DNA from: Gracilinanus agilis
Lineage: Eukaryota
Assembly: GCF_016433145.1 (NCBI RefSeq)
Contig: NC_058130.1
Coordinates: forward strand, 720,750,944-720,814,943
Length of the DNA: 64,000 nt
Reading direction: 5' to 3'
Shown one piece after another: positions 12,480 to 24,830 of this stretch. The notes beneath the pieces are model-generated. The model did not search any database, had not been told where the DNA came from, and saw only the letters and a list, made by a program, of their open reading frames with translations. Within the stretch, counting starts at the first letter, position 1. Every line of letters starts with the position of its first letter. Both the position numbers and the translations under genes were made by a program.

Positions 12480-15400
12480 TTATTTTCAGTAATAGCCCTT
12501 GAATTAACATGCAATTATAGCCTAAACATATAAAGAATTAGTGGATCAAGGACAAATTATAGAAACAAATGGAAATTTCATTGAAGAAAATTTTAATAAT
12601 AAGACAACTTATTGCAACTGATGGGATGTGAATGGGATGAACTCACAAAATGGAAAAAGAGAGTAGAATGTATTAGAAAGAAGAGTTTTACAATATATGG
12701 TTATAAATAACAAATGTGAGATATAAAGGTTCACATATTGTTAAAAAAAAATAAGGGACCAAATCAAAATCAATGTTTTAGTGGAACTCAGGAAAGCACA
12801 GGTAGCAATCATGATCTCAGGGAAGTCAAAAGCAAAAACAAATTTGATAAAAAAAAAAGATAAACATGAAAACTTTTATAGTGAAAGGTACCATAGACAA
12901 AGAGTTATAAAAAACAATATTTTGAATGGTAGAGCTTAAAGGAGAAGCTAAATGAGTGACAGTGAAAAATAACAAAGTTCTAATAGGGGGAGGCCTCAAT
13001 GTACCCCTTTCATACCTAGATCATAAAAAATAATCAAGAAAGAAGTTAAGGCCTCTAATTGAATTTTAGATATGATAGATATTACACTATTATTGAATGT
13101 ATACATAAATGAGTATACATATTTCTTGCTGGGGGGAATGAAACACTTACAAAAACTGACTATACAAAAGGGTATAAAAACTTATAAACAAATGTGGAAA
13201 AGTAGAGATTTTAAACATTTCTTTTAATGATAATGATACAAATAAGATTTATTCAATAAGGAGATGTTGAATAAAGGATTAAAAATTAATTGGAGACCAA
13301 ATGACATTCTTAAAGAATAATTGTTAGGTCAAGGAGCAAATCAGAGAAAGAACAGATAATTTCATTAAAAATAATAACAATATACCAGTATTTTTGAGAT
13401 ACAGTCAAAGTTCTCTCTAGGGTAAAATGTACAACTCTAGATATTTTTCAATAAAAGACAAAAAGAAAAGATCAGTAAAAAGGGTGTTCAACTGAAAAAA
13501 TCCCAAAAAATAAATTATTTAAAACTAATTAAATGCCAAAATAAAAATCCTGAAAATCAAAGAAAAGATTAATCAAATTGAAAACTGAAAAATAAATTAA
13601 TGAAATTATAAGTTATATAAAAATAAAATTCCACTAAATGATTTTGTTCAAAAAAAGAAAGTTTAAAACAAATATATCAGCATAAAAAATAAAAAGGAGA
13701 ATTCATAAAACAGGAAGAAGAGTTAAAGGAGATTATTAAAAAATCTCCATAAGCAAAATTTTCAATTAAAATGGAAGCTAGATTTTTAGCTGTACTAACT
13801 ACAAAGTAGAAACCATCAAAATGATTTGGCATTGCTTTAAAAAATAGGTCAATCAGTGGAACAGATTAAGTATACAGCATACAGAAACAAATGTATCTAG
13901 TAGCCATGTATTCCAATAAATACAAGGACCTCAGTTACTAGGGTAAAATTATTAATTGACAATAACTGAAAAGCAGTCTGATAGAAATTGTTTTTTAAAA
14001 TTTTAATATTTTATCTTTTTGAATTACATGTAAAACAAATTTTAATTCTCATAAAAATTTCTTTGATCATCACCTCATACCACATACCAAAATAAGCTCT
14101 ACACAACTTACATATAAAAAGTTACATAATAAACAAATTAGGGAATCAAGGAAGGAATTATCTTTCACCATTACATATCTTTTTATAGATATAAGAAGAG
14201 GTCAAACAACAGAGAGGAAAGAATACAGAGATAAAATGATTATTGATGATGTAAAATTCAACATTTTCTATGAACAAAACCAAAACACTTAAAATGAGAA
14301 GAGAAATAGTTTCTTAGTGAGAAATATTTACAGCAAATTTATCTAAGAAAAGTTCTGTTTCCAAGATACATAAAGAACTCACTCAAATTTTGAATAAGAG
14401 TCATTACCAACTGACAAATCAACAAAGGATGGGAACTGACAAAACAACAAAGGATGGAAACAGGTAGTTTTCAAAGGAAGAAATCCAAACGATCAACCAC
14501 GATGTTGAAGAACACTATCACTAAAATTAGAGAAATGTGCATTAAAGGAACTCCAACATCCAATTTTTCAGATTAGCAAAGCTGTTAAAAAAAAGAAAAT
14601 GACTAATTTTGGAAGGGTTAAAGGAAAATAGTCACATTAATGAACTCTTAGTGGAATTGTTAATTTCACCTCTACTATTTTCAATTCTAAGGATTTTTAA
14701 GGAATTCGGGAAAGCAATTGTGGGAAGCCATTAAGAGAAATTAGAATCTCAAGTAGATATTTTTATCTGGACCCCATCAAAAGATCAACACAGACTGGCA
14801 GAGCCGTGTTTGACCTTTTCTCCCTACAATTAGTTTGAGACTGGAATGGGCTTTCTGAGATAAAAATCTGAGATTCCTCTTTTGATTCCTTTCATAATTC
14901 ACACCTTTCTTTAAAAAGCAATATAGTCTTATTGAAAAAGTTTTGGGCTATCAGTAATCCAGCAGGAGGAGGGTTAACACTATTCCCCTTTGGCCAGGAA
15001 TGCAGCTGCCTGGTTATAGCCATGGCCAAACCCTAAGCAGGGGCATTTTGCCCAGAATTAAAGTAAAATAATGAGTCTCGAAAATATTATTTAACACCAT
15101 TAAGGCTGAGAAATTCAGGGGCTTTCTGGCCTAACAAAATGTTCCAGACTTCACATAATGATAACACATATAGTTAATAGTTTAGCATAGGTTTTATCTT
15201 GAAGCTTCTAAGGCTTTTGACTATGGTAAAAAATACTGCTCTGTGTAATTGTGGGAAACTTTCTTGGGCTTTTGGGGGAAGGGGATCTTTAACTTTCTAT
15301 ATAATAAACTGGTGACTCCATTGTACCTCAGAGCACTTTGAGCTAACAAGCCATGTTTCCACTCAGATAAGTCTCTGGTTATAGAGCAGGATCTCTATAA

Positions 15401-15740
15401 GCAATTTTGAGCTTTGCCTCCAAAGCTTCTAAACTATGTATACTTTTTTGACCCAGAGATACCACTCACTACAAGGCATGAGTCTTGTATATCAGAGAAT
15501 GGCATTATAAAAAGAGGGAAAGAACTCACATGCCCCAAAATATTTAAAGAATCTCTTCTTGTAGTGCCGACAAACTAGAAACTCAAAGAATGCCCATCCT
15601 TGGGGAATGGTAAACAAAATACAGCATAGGAGTATAACAGAATGCTCATGATCCATAAGAAACAAAGAAAAGGAAATTATTTTCTGAGTAATCAGGGAAG
15701 ATTTGTATAAATTGATGCATATAGCAAAGTTGCAGGATAT
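12480..15740 (+). mobile_element. Old L1 ORF2 remnant (spacer plus right palindrome arm), interrupted by an LTR-like insert
   Basis: Degenerate endonuclease and RT-region sequence, A-rich on the plus strand; L1 resumes at about 15400 (AAGCAATTTTGAGC...TTTGACCCAGAGATACCACT). Confidence 0.75.
14686..15399 (+). mobile_element. LTR-like insertion, old
   Basis: About 715 bp interrupting L1 and absent from the mirror arm (10580..10660); AATAAA at 15303..15308; termini degenerate, no clear TSD. Confidence 0.5.
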
Positions 15741-16085
15741 AAACCAAACCCACATAATTCATTAGCATTTCTGTATACAGCCAACAAAGTTCAACAGCAA
15801 GAGATAGAAAGAGAAATCCCTTTCAAAATAACCATTGGCAATATGAAGTATCTAGATCTATCTGCCAAGATAAACCAAGGAACTATATGACAACAATTAC
15901 AAAACACTTCCTACATGAATTAGGTTGTATCTAAACAAGTGGAAAAATGTTAATTGCTCATAGGCAGGACGCACCAATATAACAAAAATGATAATTCTAT
16001 TTAAATTAATTTACTTATTCAAGGCCATACAATCAAACTATTAAAAATATTTTATAGAATTAGAAAATAATAACAATTTATCTAG
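15700..16085 (+). mobile_element. L1 ORF2 RT fragment
   Basis: GCAAAGTTGCAGGATATAAA...CATTTCTGTATACAGCCAACAAA encodes the KVAGYKIN...AFLY region. Confidence 0.8.
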
Positions 16086-16689
16086 AAGTAGAAAAGGAAT
16101 ATAAAGGTTTTTCCTGATCAGATTTATGGGACCATTAGATTGATTTAGATCTTCAGATATGATTAGAGATCTTTTAGTTCATGATTCTAATTTTAAAGAT
16201 GATGACACTCAGGTCTAGAGAAGATAAGCAGCAGAAATGGGATTTAAATGAAGGTACTTGGTTCCAAATCCATTGTTCTTAAATCTGTAACAGTTTATTA
16301 AGTCTTAATTTGAAGAGCTTAATGATTAGGATTCACTACTTCATGAGGTAACTTATTGGTTTTTAGAGCCAAGATGGACCTTAGAGATGATCTATTCCTA
16401 TCCTATCATTTGTTAGGAATTCTCTCCACAACACAATAGAAAAGTGATTATCCATCTTTTGCTTGGACACCTTTAGTAATGAGGGAGCTGACCAATTCCA
16501 AAGAAGTACATAGATTCAGAGGTTGTTAGAGCCAGAACAACTCTGAGGTCACTTAGTTCGTCTCTTAACCATAAAATTCATCTTGTCTCCAGTGATCTAG
16601 AGAAGTAGTTATCAAGCCTCAGCTGAAAGATTTCTATGTTATTTTCCATTGTGATATAGGCTTTATTATTTGTCAGTTTTCTGCCAGGA

Positions 16690-17012
16690 TTTCCTACCCT
16701 ATAGGGACGTGAACTACTCAGGGAATTGATGACAATGATTTTTCTAATGAGGAGCTATGGGGATTCCACTTTGAAAGCCTAAGAATTGTAAAATCTTTCT
16801 TTTTTTCCCATCCTGCCCCCTAGGTCCTCAAATAATTTGTCATAGACCAGGAATGAGTCTACTTAATATTCTATGGACATTATCCTCCATGCCAGAAGCC
16901 ATGTGTCTTAAATCTGCTAGGATGCAGAGCTGCTGTCTAACTTGCCTGTCTTTACAACAATTCAGGGTAGAAATAATCACCAAACTTGTCTCCTCCCTGA
17001 CCACCAGTAAGT
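16690..17012 (+). promoter_or_regulatory. Predicted OR promoter, non-coding exon 1 and splice donor (copy 2; for the OR at 20678)
   Basis: CTAATGAGGAGCTATGGGGAT at 16744..16764; CCCCTAGG near 16817; donor CA|GTAAGT at 17007..17012; predicted intron 17007..20661. Confidence 0.65.
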
Positions 17013-17279
17013 ATGATGAGGGGGAGGAGAGAGAGAAGAAGGGAGAGAAAATATGAGAATGGGACAAGAGCTGATTTTTTCCCAGAAACTCAAGGAGATT
17101 CTACAGTCCTCACCCAACCCAAATCATACCTCCATCCAGGTTGGATTCCAGATCATTCTGAGCCACTGATGAGTCTCTAAATGTCCAAATGTCAACCTCT
17201 AGTTCAGTGAATGGGCAGGTGGGAGTGTAGTAAAATGTAAAGGAAAAGGAGAATAGGGGAAAAGAAAAGGGAAGAAGAT

Positions 17280-17470
17280 TTATATAGTGTCTACTTTGTG
17301 CCAGGCATGGTGCTAAAAGCTTTTTACAAATGTTAACTCATTTGATCTTCTGTTTATGGTAGGTATTATTTTCTCTATTTTATGATTGAGGGAACTGAGG
17401 CAAACAGATTAAATAACTTGCTTAGGGTCATATAGGTAGTAAATATCTAAGGCTGTGACTTGATCGCAAA
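17280..17470 (-). mobile_element. MIR/CORE-SINE (mirror of 3735..3985)
   Basis: CTACTTTGTGCCAGGC...GAGGGAACTGAGGCA...CTTAGGGTCATA. Confidence 0.8.
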
Positions 17471-17819
17471 GGATGTGTGATCATCCAGAGGATGGGAAGA
17501 AGAGATAAATCTCAGACTCCTTCCCATATGTTTATAACTTAACCTGACCCAGTAGCCAAAATTCACTTTCTCTATCACTCTCCTTCCTATTACCCCTATG
17601 CACAACCTTGTCTCTAGGTATAATGTCTTGGCTTCTATAGGTAAGTCCTCAGCAGGTGGGCTATGGGCAGTTATCATTGAGTACCCCCTCCCTATTCCCT
17701 TCTCATTTTGTGAGGGGAAAAAAGTGGATACCATAGCATGAATAGATGGGTTGCAATTACATTCTCTCTTTCCAAATCTACCAATACTCTGACATTTTCT
17801 ATTTCCATTGGGGTATTGC

Positions 17820-18075
17820 CATCCTTCTAGTCTCCCTGGCTTTCAGCCTCCTCATTAACTGTTACTTCCCATTCAATTTAAAATGCTCTCAACAAGTTTC
17901 TAGTGATCTCTTTATTGACAAATGACAAATCTAATTCCGTTTTTCTCAATTCTCATCCTCCCTAACCTCTCTGAACCATTTGACAAGCTCTTCTCCTGGG
18001 TTGCTGGAGACATTCTCTCCTGCTAGATGATTTCCCTTGATTCTTTGATTATTTTCCTACCTTTTATATCACTCT
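17820..18075 (+). mobile_element. L2 RT fragment (mirror of 2190..2470)
   Basis: AAGTTTCTAGTGATCTC...TTCTCAATTCTCATCCT...ACCTCTCTG. Confidence 0.7.
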
Positions 18076-18179
18076 ACAATTATCAATGCAGAAGCAAAAG
18101 CAGACCACACAGAGTTTTTCCTGACTTTAAGTCCACAACTCTTTTAACTACCATTTTGGACAACAAAAAAAAGGTATTT

Positions 18180-18580
18180 ATTCATTTAATTAATTAATTT
18201 GAAATATTTTTCCGTGTTTACATGTTTCATGTTCTTTCCCTTCCCTCTTACCACTCCCTCCCATAGCCAATGAGAAATTCCACTGGGTTTTACATGTGTC
18301 ATTGATGAAGACCTAGTTCCATATTATTAATATTTGCATTAGGGTGATCATTTAGTCTATATCCTCAATCATATCCCCATCGACCCATGTGATCAAGCAG
18401 TTGTTTTTCTTCTGTGTTTCTACTCCCACAGTTCTTTCTCTGGATATGGATAGCATTCTTTCTCATAAGTCCCTAAGAATTGTTCTGGATCATTGCATTG
18501 CTGCTAGTAGAGAAGTCCATTACATTTGAATGTGCCACAGTGTATCCATCTCTGTGTATAAGGTTCTCCAAGTTCTGCTC
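18180..18580 (-). mobile_element. L1 3'-end insertion, right arm only
   Basis: TSD AAAAGGTATTT at 18169..18179 and 18581..18591; empty site in the left arm near 2080..2105. Confidence 0.88.
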
Positions 18581-18929
18581 AAAAGGTATTTTTAAAGCTA
18601 TGTTTTAATGAAAAAGTATTTTAATATCTTTGCTAAGAAAATTCCAGATAGGGTCATGAAGAGTTGGACATGACTGACATGACTAAATTCATCCAGTTAG
18701 ATTTGGTCCACTGACCCTAGCCTATCAAGAACTTTTTATTACTTATCACTTCTATCCAACATGTTAGCCATTCTTACCAATTTTGTGTCTTCTGCAAATT
18801 TCACAGGCATAGTTTCTATGCCGTCTATGCCCCCAAAGCTATACTTGGACAAAGTAGATTGAAGAAGTTCTAGCACTCCAGTTTGAGGTGACTAAGATGA
18901 TAATGGACAAAAAAGAGGTCGCATATATG

Positions 18930-20350
18930 CTCATGTCTTATTTTCCTTTGTTTTTTCTCTGCCAGGGAACTTGGCCCTCTTCACTGGAAAGGTCAGAGTA
19001 AAAATGATCAACAAAAAAGAGTAAGGACTAAAGAGATAATAATAAGTACCTAGTTATCCTTGGTGAATTCAAGAAATTTGGTCCAGATGAACTATATCTT
19101 CCAGTACTGAGATGAGAGATGTATTTTACTATGGAACCGCTGAATGATATATGAAAGAAGATAGCCATAACAATATATAAAAGAGCCAATATTGCCCCAA
19201 TTATTAAAAAATGGAAAAGAATAGTGTCTATAAAGTATAGATCAGTTAGCTTGACTTCAGTGTCAGAAAAAATTCTATAATTCATTATGAAAAAGATAAT
19301 TAGTGAATATCTAGAAAAGAAATGGTTATAATAAAAAACCTTCACCAAAGACGAATCATGCTAGACTAAACCTATGTCCTTTTGTGTCACAGGGTTATTA
19401 CATTGGTAGATCAGGGAAAGGTTATAGATATTGCTTACCTAGATTATAGCCAAATGTTTGATAAAGATAAAATAATTCTTCCAAAAAAGATAGAAAGATA
19501 GAGATTAGAAGATGGTACAATTCAATGAGTTTAGAAGTGCATGGATGTGCTGTCTCAAAGAGATTATTAATGGTTCATTGTTGAGAATGTCTTCGGGAGT
19601 CTGCTTGGGCCCCTCTTATTTAACGTTTTTACCAGTGACAGTGAAACAAAATTGGTAAGGTTGGCTAACATGTTGGATGACAGTGTTAAGATTTTAAAAG
19701 TTCTTGATAGCCTAGGGGCATTGAACCAAATCTAACAGGGTAAAATTCACTTGGGAAAAGTTAAGACCTTAGTCTAACACTTGGGCTAAAAAAATCAACC
19801 TTGCAATTCAGAGATAGATGGAGGTGTGGCTAGATGAACATTTGTATCCCAAAGTTTTGCATATTTTAGGTCAATGTGATTGATTGATTGATTTTCTTTT
19901 AAAACTCTCTCCTTCCTTCTTGGATTCAATACTGTGTATTGGCTCCAAGGCAGAAGAATGGTAAGGGCTAGGCAATGGGGGTTAAGTGAATTGCCCAGGG
20001 TCACATAGATAGGAAGTGTCTGAGGCCATATTTGAACCCAGGACCTCACATCTCTGGGCCTGACTCTCAATCCACTGAGCCACCCAGCTGCCCCCAGTAC
20101 AATGTGATTTAAAAACATGATGTGGCAAGAGTTAAATCATGAGCAAACATTATCTTGGGCTGCATTAAGAGGAGCACAGCATGCAGGAATAAGAAGATAC
20201 CTCCTCTCTAATGGGTCATCTCAGGACATCCTATATGTCCTTGTGTCTCAGATGATGTTAGAGCTATAATTTGTCTGTAATGGATCACACCTAGAATGAG
20301 TCTTCCACTGAGTTCTAGAAGGACATGGATAGGTTGATGGGCATACAAGG
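18930..20350 (+). mobile_element. L3/CR1 LINE remnant (mirror of 740..2165)
   Basis: RT motifs recognisable (YRSVSLTSV, DIAYLDYSQMFDK) and CR1 3' GCATTAAGAGGAGCAC. Confidence 0.82.
19882..20095 (-). mobile_element. SINE1_Mdo-type SINE, right arm only
   Basis: TSD CAATGTGATT at 19872..19881 and 20100..20109; inserted into L3. Confidence 0.9.
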
Positions 20351-20639
20351 TAACAAGGGTAAATGTCCCCTGGTGGAGATATAATATCTATACATAGATA
20401 CATATATGTGAATGTATACATATGTCTATATAATAAAATTAGAGAGCCTGAAAGGATCTCAGGAATCATTTACACTGAATTTTATAGAAAAGGAAAATGA
20501 GTCTTTTAGAAGGGATTATTCAAACTAAGTAAGGAGGGTATGGTAAAACTGTACTTCAAATTCAGCTCTTCTGAGTCCATCTTTTGGGATTTTATATATA
20601 TATGTGTGTGTCAAGGATGTCTTTATTTTCACTTAATAG

Positions 20640-20664
20640 TCTTCTCCCATCTTTTTCCTAGCAG
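20640..20664 (+). other. 3' splice acceptor upstream of the OR coding exon (NAGNAG)
   Basis: Polypyrimidine TCTTCTCCCATCTTTTTCC then TAG CAG (AG at 20660..20661 and 20663..20664), 13-16 nt before the ATG; identical in the mirror gene. Confidence 0.75.
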
Positions 20665-20677
20665 AAAAAGAAGCTAC

Positions 20678-21613
20678 ATGGGACCAGAAAACCAAACAAG
20701 TATCTCTGAATTTCTTCTTCTAGGATTTTCTGAGAAGCCAGAGCAGCAGCTGCCTCTCTTTGGGCTATTCCTCAGCATGTACGTGGTCACAGTGGGTGGG
20801 AACCTTCTCATCATGCTGACCATTGGTTCTGATTCCCACCTTCACACCCCTATGTATTTCTTCCTCTCCAACCTGTCCTTAGTGGATTTCTGTTTGGTGT
20901 CTACCTTGGTCCCCAAAATGCTGGTGAACTTCCTGACACACAGTAAGGCCATCTCCTATGCTGGCTGCCTCACCCAGATGTACTTCTTCATGGTTTTTGC
21001 TTGTTTAGACACCTTACTCCTCACTGTGATGGCCTATGATCGCTTTGTGGCCATTTGTCACCCGTTGAGTTATGTGACCATCATGAGCCCACAATTCTGT
21101 GGCTTGCTGGTTTTACTCTCCTGGACTATCAGTCTTCTAAATTCAGTACTCCATTGCCTTTTGGTGATGAAACTTTTCTGTACAGAACATGAGATTCCTC
21201 TCTTTTACTGTGATCTTACTCAGATTCTTAAACTGTCTTGTACCGACACCCTCATCAATAATATCTTGGTATATTTAACAACTGTACTGCTGGGTGTTCT
21301 TCCCTTCACAGGAATAATTTTCTCTTATACTCAGATATGTTCTTCTATAATGAAGGTCCCATCTGCTGGGGGAAAGTATAAAGCATTTTCTACCTGTGGG
21401 TCTCACCTCTGTGTTGTTTCATTATTCTATGGAACAGTTCTTGGAGTATATCTGAGTTCCTCAGTCACACAGTCTTCTTGGAAGAGCTCAGTCGCCTCAG
21501 TAATGTATGCTGTGGTTACTCCCATGTTGAATCCCTTCATTTATAGTCTGAGGAACAAAGACATCAAAGATGCCCTGAGAAGACTCATTAGCAGAATGGC
21601 TTCCTCTCAGTGA
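20678..21613 (+). CDS. Olfactory receptor, class II, OR7-like, 311 aa, intact ORF
   Basis: Motifs NQT sequon, [48 protein letters not shown]. Start placed at MGPENQT (20678), not at 20540. Confidence 0.96.
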   Translation: MGPENQTSISEFLLLGFSEKPEQQLPLFGLFLSMYVVTVGGNLLIMLTIGSDSHLHTPMYFFLSNLSLVDFCLVSTLVPKMLVNFLTHSKAISYAGCLTQMYFFMVFACLDTLLLTVMAYDRFVAICHPLSYVTIMSPQFCGLLVLLSWTISLLNSVLHCLLVMKLFCTEHEIPLFYCDLTQILKLSCTDTLINNILVYLTTVLLGVLPFTGIIFSYTQICSSIMKVPSAGGKYKAFSTCGSHLCVVSLFYGTVLGVYLSSSVTQSSWKSSVASVMYAVVTPMLNPFIYSLRNKDIKDALRRLISRMASSQ

Positions 21614-22087
21614 TTGGGCATGGTTAAGTCTGAGAATATGGTACTAGGAGATGTGCTCCATAGTCTAGTAGTCATAAACCTCAGTTTCCAAACATGAAGC
21701 CCAGGACTTTTCAGGGTCACCTCCTGTTCCTTCATAATGTGTTTCCCCTGTGGTTAAATGACTTGCAATATGTGAAAGTGCTTTGTGGCCAGTAAATGCT
21801 GCAAACATATAGGAAGTTGAACAAAAACAATTTATTAAATTTCTAAAATATGAAAGGCATTATGTTAAGTCCTGTGAATACAAAGACAAAAAAAATGGTC
21901 CCTTCCCTTCAGAAGCTTAGGTGTATGACACCCTGTGAAAATAATAATTAGCTTATTGTAAAGTTAGTGGCCATGTAATGGCTTCTCAAGCCCATATGGT
22001 TCTCTTCCTCTGTTGCATTAGGGGTTTATATTAAGCACAAATTTAGGAGTACAATCACAGTTGCAATTGCACCAAGCCCCTAGTTGG

Positions 22088-23038
22088 GAAAAGTCCCAAT
22101 ATTAAACCAAAAATTTAGAATTCTGATTAACTTACATTTATATTTATCTCTAAAATTTGGCTTCTTTGTTATTGATCTAAAATGTTGTGAGGAAGATTAT
22201 TTAGTTATTAGTTAGGAGACTAAACAGGAAGGGCTGGAGAATTCCAAATGGAATGGGAAAGCAGGAAGTATGACTTTGCTATCTGAGACAGACTCCATGG
22301 TGGCTGGTACAAGCTATAACTGACCCTGGGAGACCTCAGAGCTAGTGGAACTGCACCCTGATTCCCTGGGATCCTGGAGAGTGGTGAAGGTTGGAAGCAG
22401 AGGACATCAATCCTGCAAGACAGCACTGAGTCGGGAAGTGGCTTGTTATCTGGTGGACAATTTGCAGACTTCCTCTCCCTACTGGGCTACTTCGGATCAT
22501 CAGTTCTGGAGGAATTGGCTCCTGGCATCCTGATAACATCTCTGGACTCTGCTGTGAGGATTCCAACTCCAGTCCTGCTATTCTCTGGGCCCTGCCTGGA
22601 TTAGGTCTTAGATGAGAGTAGATAAGTCCCTCCCCTGACCCTGTGGTTTGCCCTTAGTCTGAAAGTGTAGAAACCCCTATTCCCATCCTTTACCATAGTT
22701 TAATTAAAATTGTTATAAACTCTTGCCTTTTGCCTGCTAGTCTCCATAGGCCCCTTGCCTAGAAGGTGCAGAGTGACAGTTAGGACCCAACTGCCACTTC
22801 TGGAACAGATACCCCCTTAGCAGTTAAACCCAGTCTCCCTCCCTTGTTTGGTCCTTCGTTCTGACATTCCTGTCTCCCTCACATCCCATTGTGAGCCCAC
22901 AGATAATATTTTAGTTTAACTCCCCTGGTTTTCCACATTATAGAAAAGTTCCACTATTAAGCCAAAAATTTAGAATTCTGATTAACTTATATTTATATTT
23001 ATCTCTAAAATTTGGCTTCTTTGTTATTGATCTAAAAT
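22088..23038. repeat. 96-bp direct repeat pair (22088..22183 and 22943..23038) flanking an LTR
   Basis: 4 mismatches in 96 bp by manual alignment. Confidence 0.95.
22186..22937 (+). mobile_element. ERV solo LTR-like element, about 750 bp
   Basis: TGTGAGGAA...TTTTCCACA termini; higher GC than flanks; ATTAAA near 22703; no 4-6 bp TSD. Confidence 0.75.
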
Positions 23039-23137
23039 TCAGATGAACAGAAACATTCATGTAAAGAAACAGTAGAGTATATTGAAATATCTGTTAATAA
23101 TAGACAAGAACTAGGACAAGACTAGCATTAGCTCTAG

Positions 23138-23389
23138 AGTCAGCTCGGTGGCACAATGGAGAGAATGCTGCATTAGGAATCTGGAAAGCTCATCTTCCTG
23201 AGTTCAAATCTGACCTCAGACAATTGCTGTGTGACCCTGGGCAAGTCACTTAATCCCCTTTGGCCCAAGTTAAATCCTCTGTCAAATGAGCTGGAGAAGG
23301 AAATGTCAAACCATTACAATATTTTTGTCAGGAAAACCCCAAATGGTTGTGAGTTGGGCATGACTAAGAAACAACTGAACTGCAACAAC
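23138..23389 (+). mobile_element. Mar1-type SINE
   Basis: tRNA-like head, CORE (GTGACCCTGGGCAAGTCACTT), BovB-like tail (GAGAAGGAAATG...GAAAACCCCAAATGG). Confidence 0.85.
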
Positions 23390-24199
23390 TTGTTTTCTCC
23401 TCTTCTTTGTCATGGATCATGACTGTTTATTTTTCTCCTTTTCTAAATCTTCCTCTGTGTGCTGCCAATTCTTTCTGCCTTAACTCTAGATATCCATACT
23501 CTTTCCTTTTAACTGCTAGACCCTAGATATCTCTCTACTTTTGAGGTAACTCTTAATTTTATACAATTTTCTCAAAGCACGACAAACCCTTGACCAAATT
23601 GAGACAGTCTTCCATTTTGATTCAAGGGAGTATACAGGACCTTCTTATCACTTAGGGCTGACTGATATATTAAATCAAGAAATGTTCTTTTAAATGGGGT
23701 CATGAATCAGTGGACCCCTGCCATTATATATACTGCCTTTAAATGAATGTCTAAATACATGGTGAGTGGAGGAAGGAGAATGAACTAAGAACTGTGGGGA
23801 TGAAGAAGGGATTCCTGTGAGAGGTGTCATGTAAGATGAATCTTGAAAGAAAATAATAATTCTGAAAAGTATAAGTGAGGATGGAATGGTTCTAGTCATA
23901 GCTTTAAGCTATGCACATTATTTTTATTTATTTCTTCACTTATATTATTTAATAAATAAGCTATGTACCTAGCAAAGCACTTTACATATATTAACTCATT
24001 TGATCACCCAAAACAATCTTGTGATGTAGGTGCTATTATTATCCCTATTTTACAGATGAGAAAAAATGTAACACAAAAGTTTAGTAACTTCTCCAGGGTG
24101 ACATAACACATAACTGAAACAAGATTTGAATTCGGATCTTCCTGACTCTACTCCTACCTTCTATCCATTGCACCAAATAGCTGCATAGGAGATAGCTTG

Positions 24200-24830
24200 T
24201 ATGAAGATTAAGTTGTAGGAAATTGAAGAGTGAGTTTAAGAAAAAGTAAGTAGGTCCTTCTGGTTGGAAGACAAAGTACATGAGAGGGAGGTGATGTGAA
24301 ATTTCTGGAAATGTAGGCAGAAATAAAACTAGAAAGGGAATTAAATACCAAATTGATTTTGTATTTTATTCCAGGGGCAGTAGTGATCATTGAAACTTCT
24401 TATACACAGGAATGACATAGTTAGATCTGTGCTTCAACAAGATTATTTTGGTAATTTTGTGAGGGGTATTTTAGAGGAAGAGAGACTGGAAGTAGTAGGG
24501 AAAAATTTGGAGGCTGTGACAATAGTACAGGCAAGGGATGGTGAGTGACCAAATTGGGAAACTGGTTGTGTTGAGTAGAGAGAGGGGGAGAAATGTGGAG
24601 GTAAAGTAGACCAGATTTGGCCAATGATCAGATATAGAAGCATGGAGGATTGATTAGAGTTGAAGATGATGCTTAGCTTGTAAACCCATATTGTGCAGAA
24701 TGAGAGTGATGCCTTTAACGGAATAGGAAAGTAGGAGAAGGGGAAAGGTTTTTTGGGGGGTTCATATATTACATTTTGTTTTGGCAAGAAAGAAGAGACA
24801 ATTGATCTGGAATGTAGCAACTGGGGATGT
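24200..24830 (-). mobile_element. L2 LINE remnant
   Basis: Minus strand CTCACCATCCCTTGCCTGTACTATTGTCACAGCC corresponds to the L2 ISRLDYCNS region. Confidence 0.65.

Noticed and set aside
11934-12492. 171-aa and 100-aa ORFs in a GC-rich patch
   Set aside because: Start at non-ATG codons, antisense to an L1 5' UTR-like segment, no recognisable domain.
20540-20677. 46-aa N-terminal extension of the OR in the ORF track (357 aa)
   Set aside because: It crosses a clear polypyrimidine/AG acceptor and a TA/TG microsatellite, is diverged with indels in the mirror gene, and paralogs start at the MGPENQ/MEPENQ Met.
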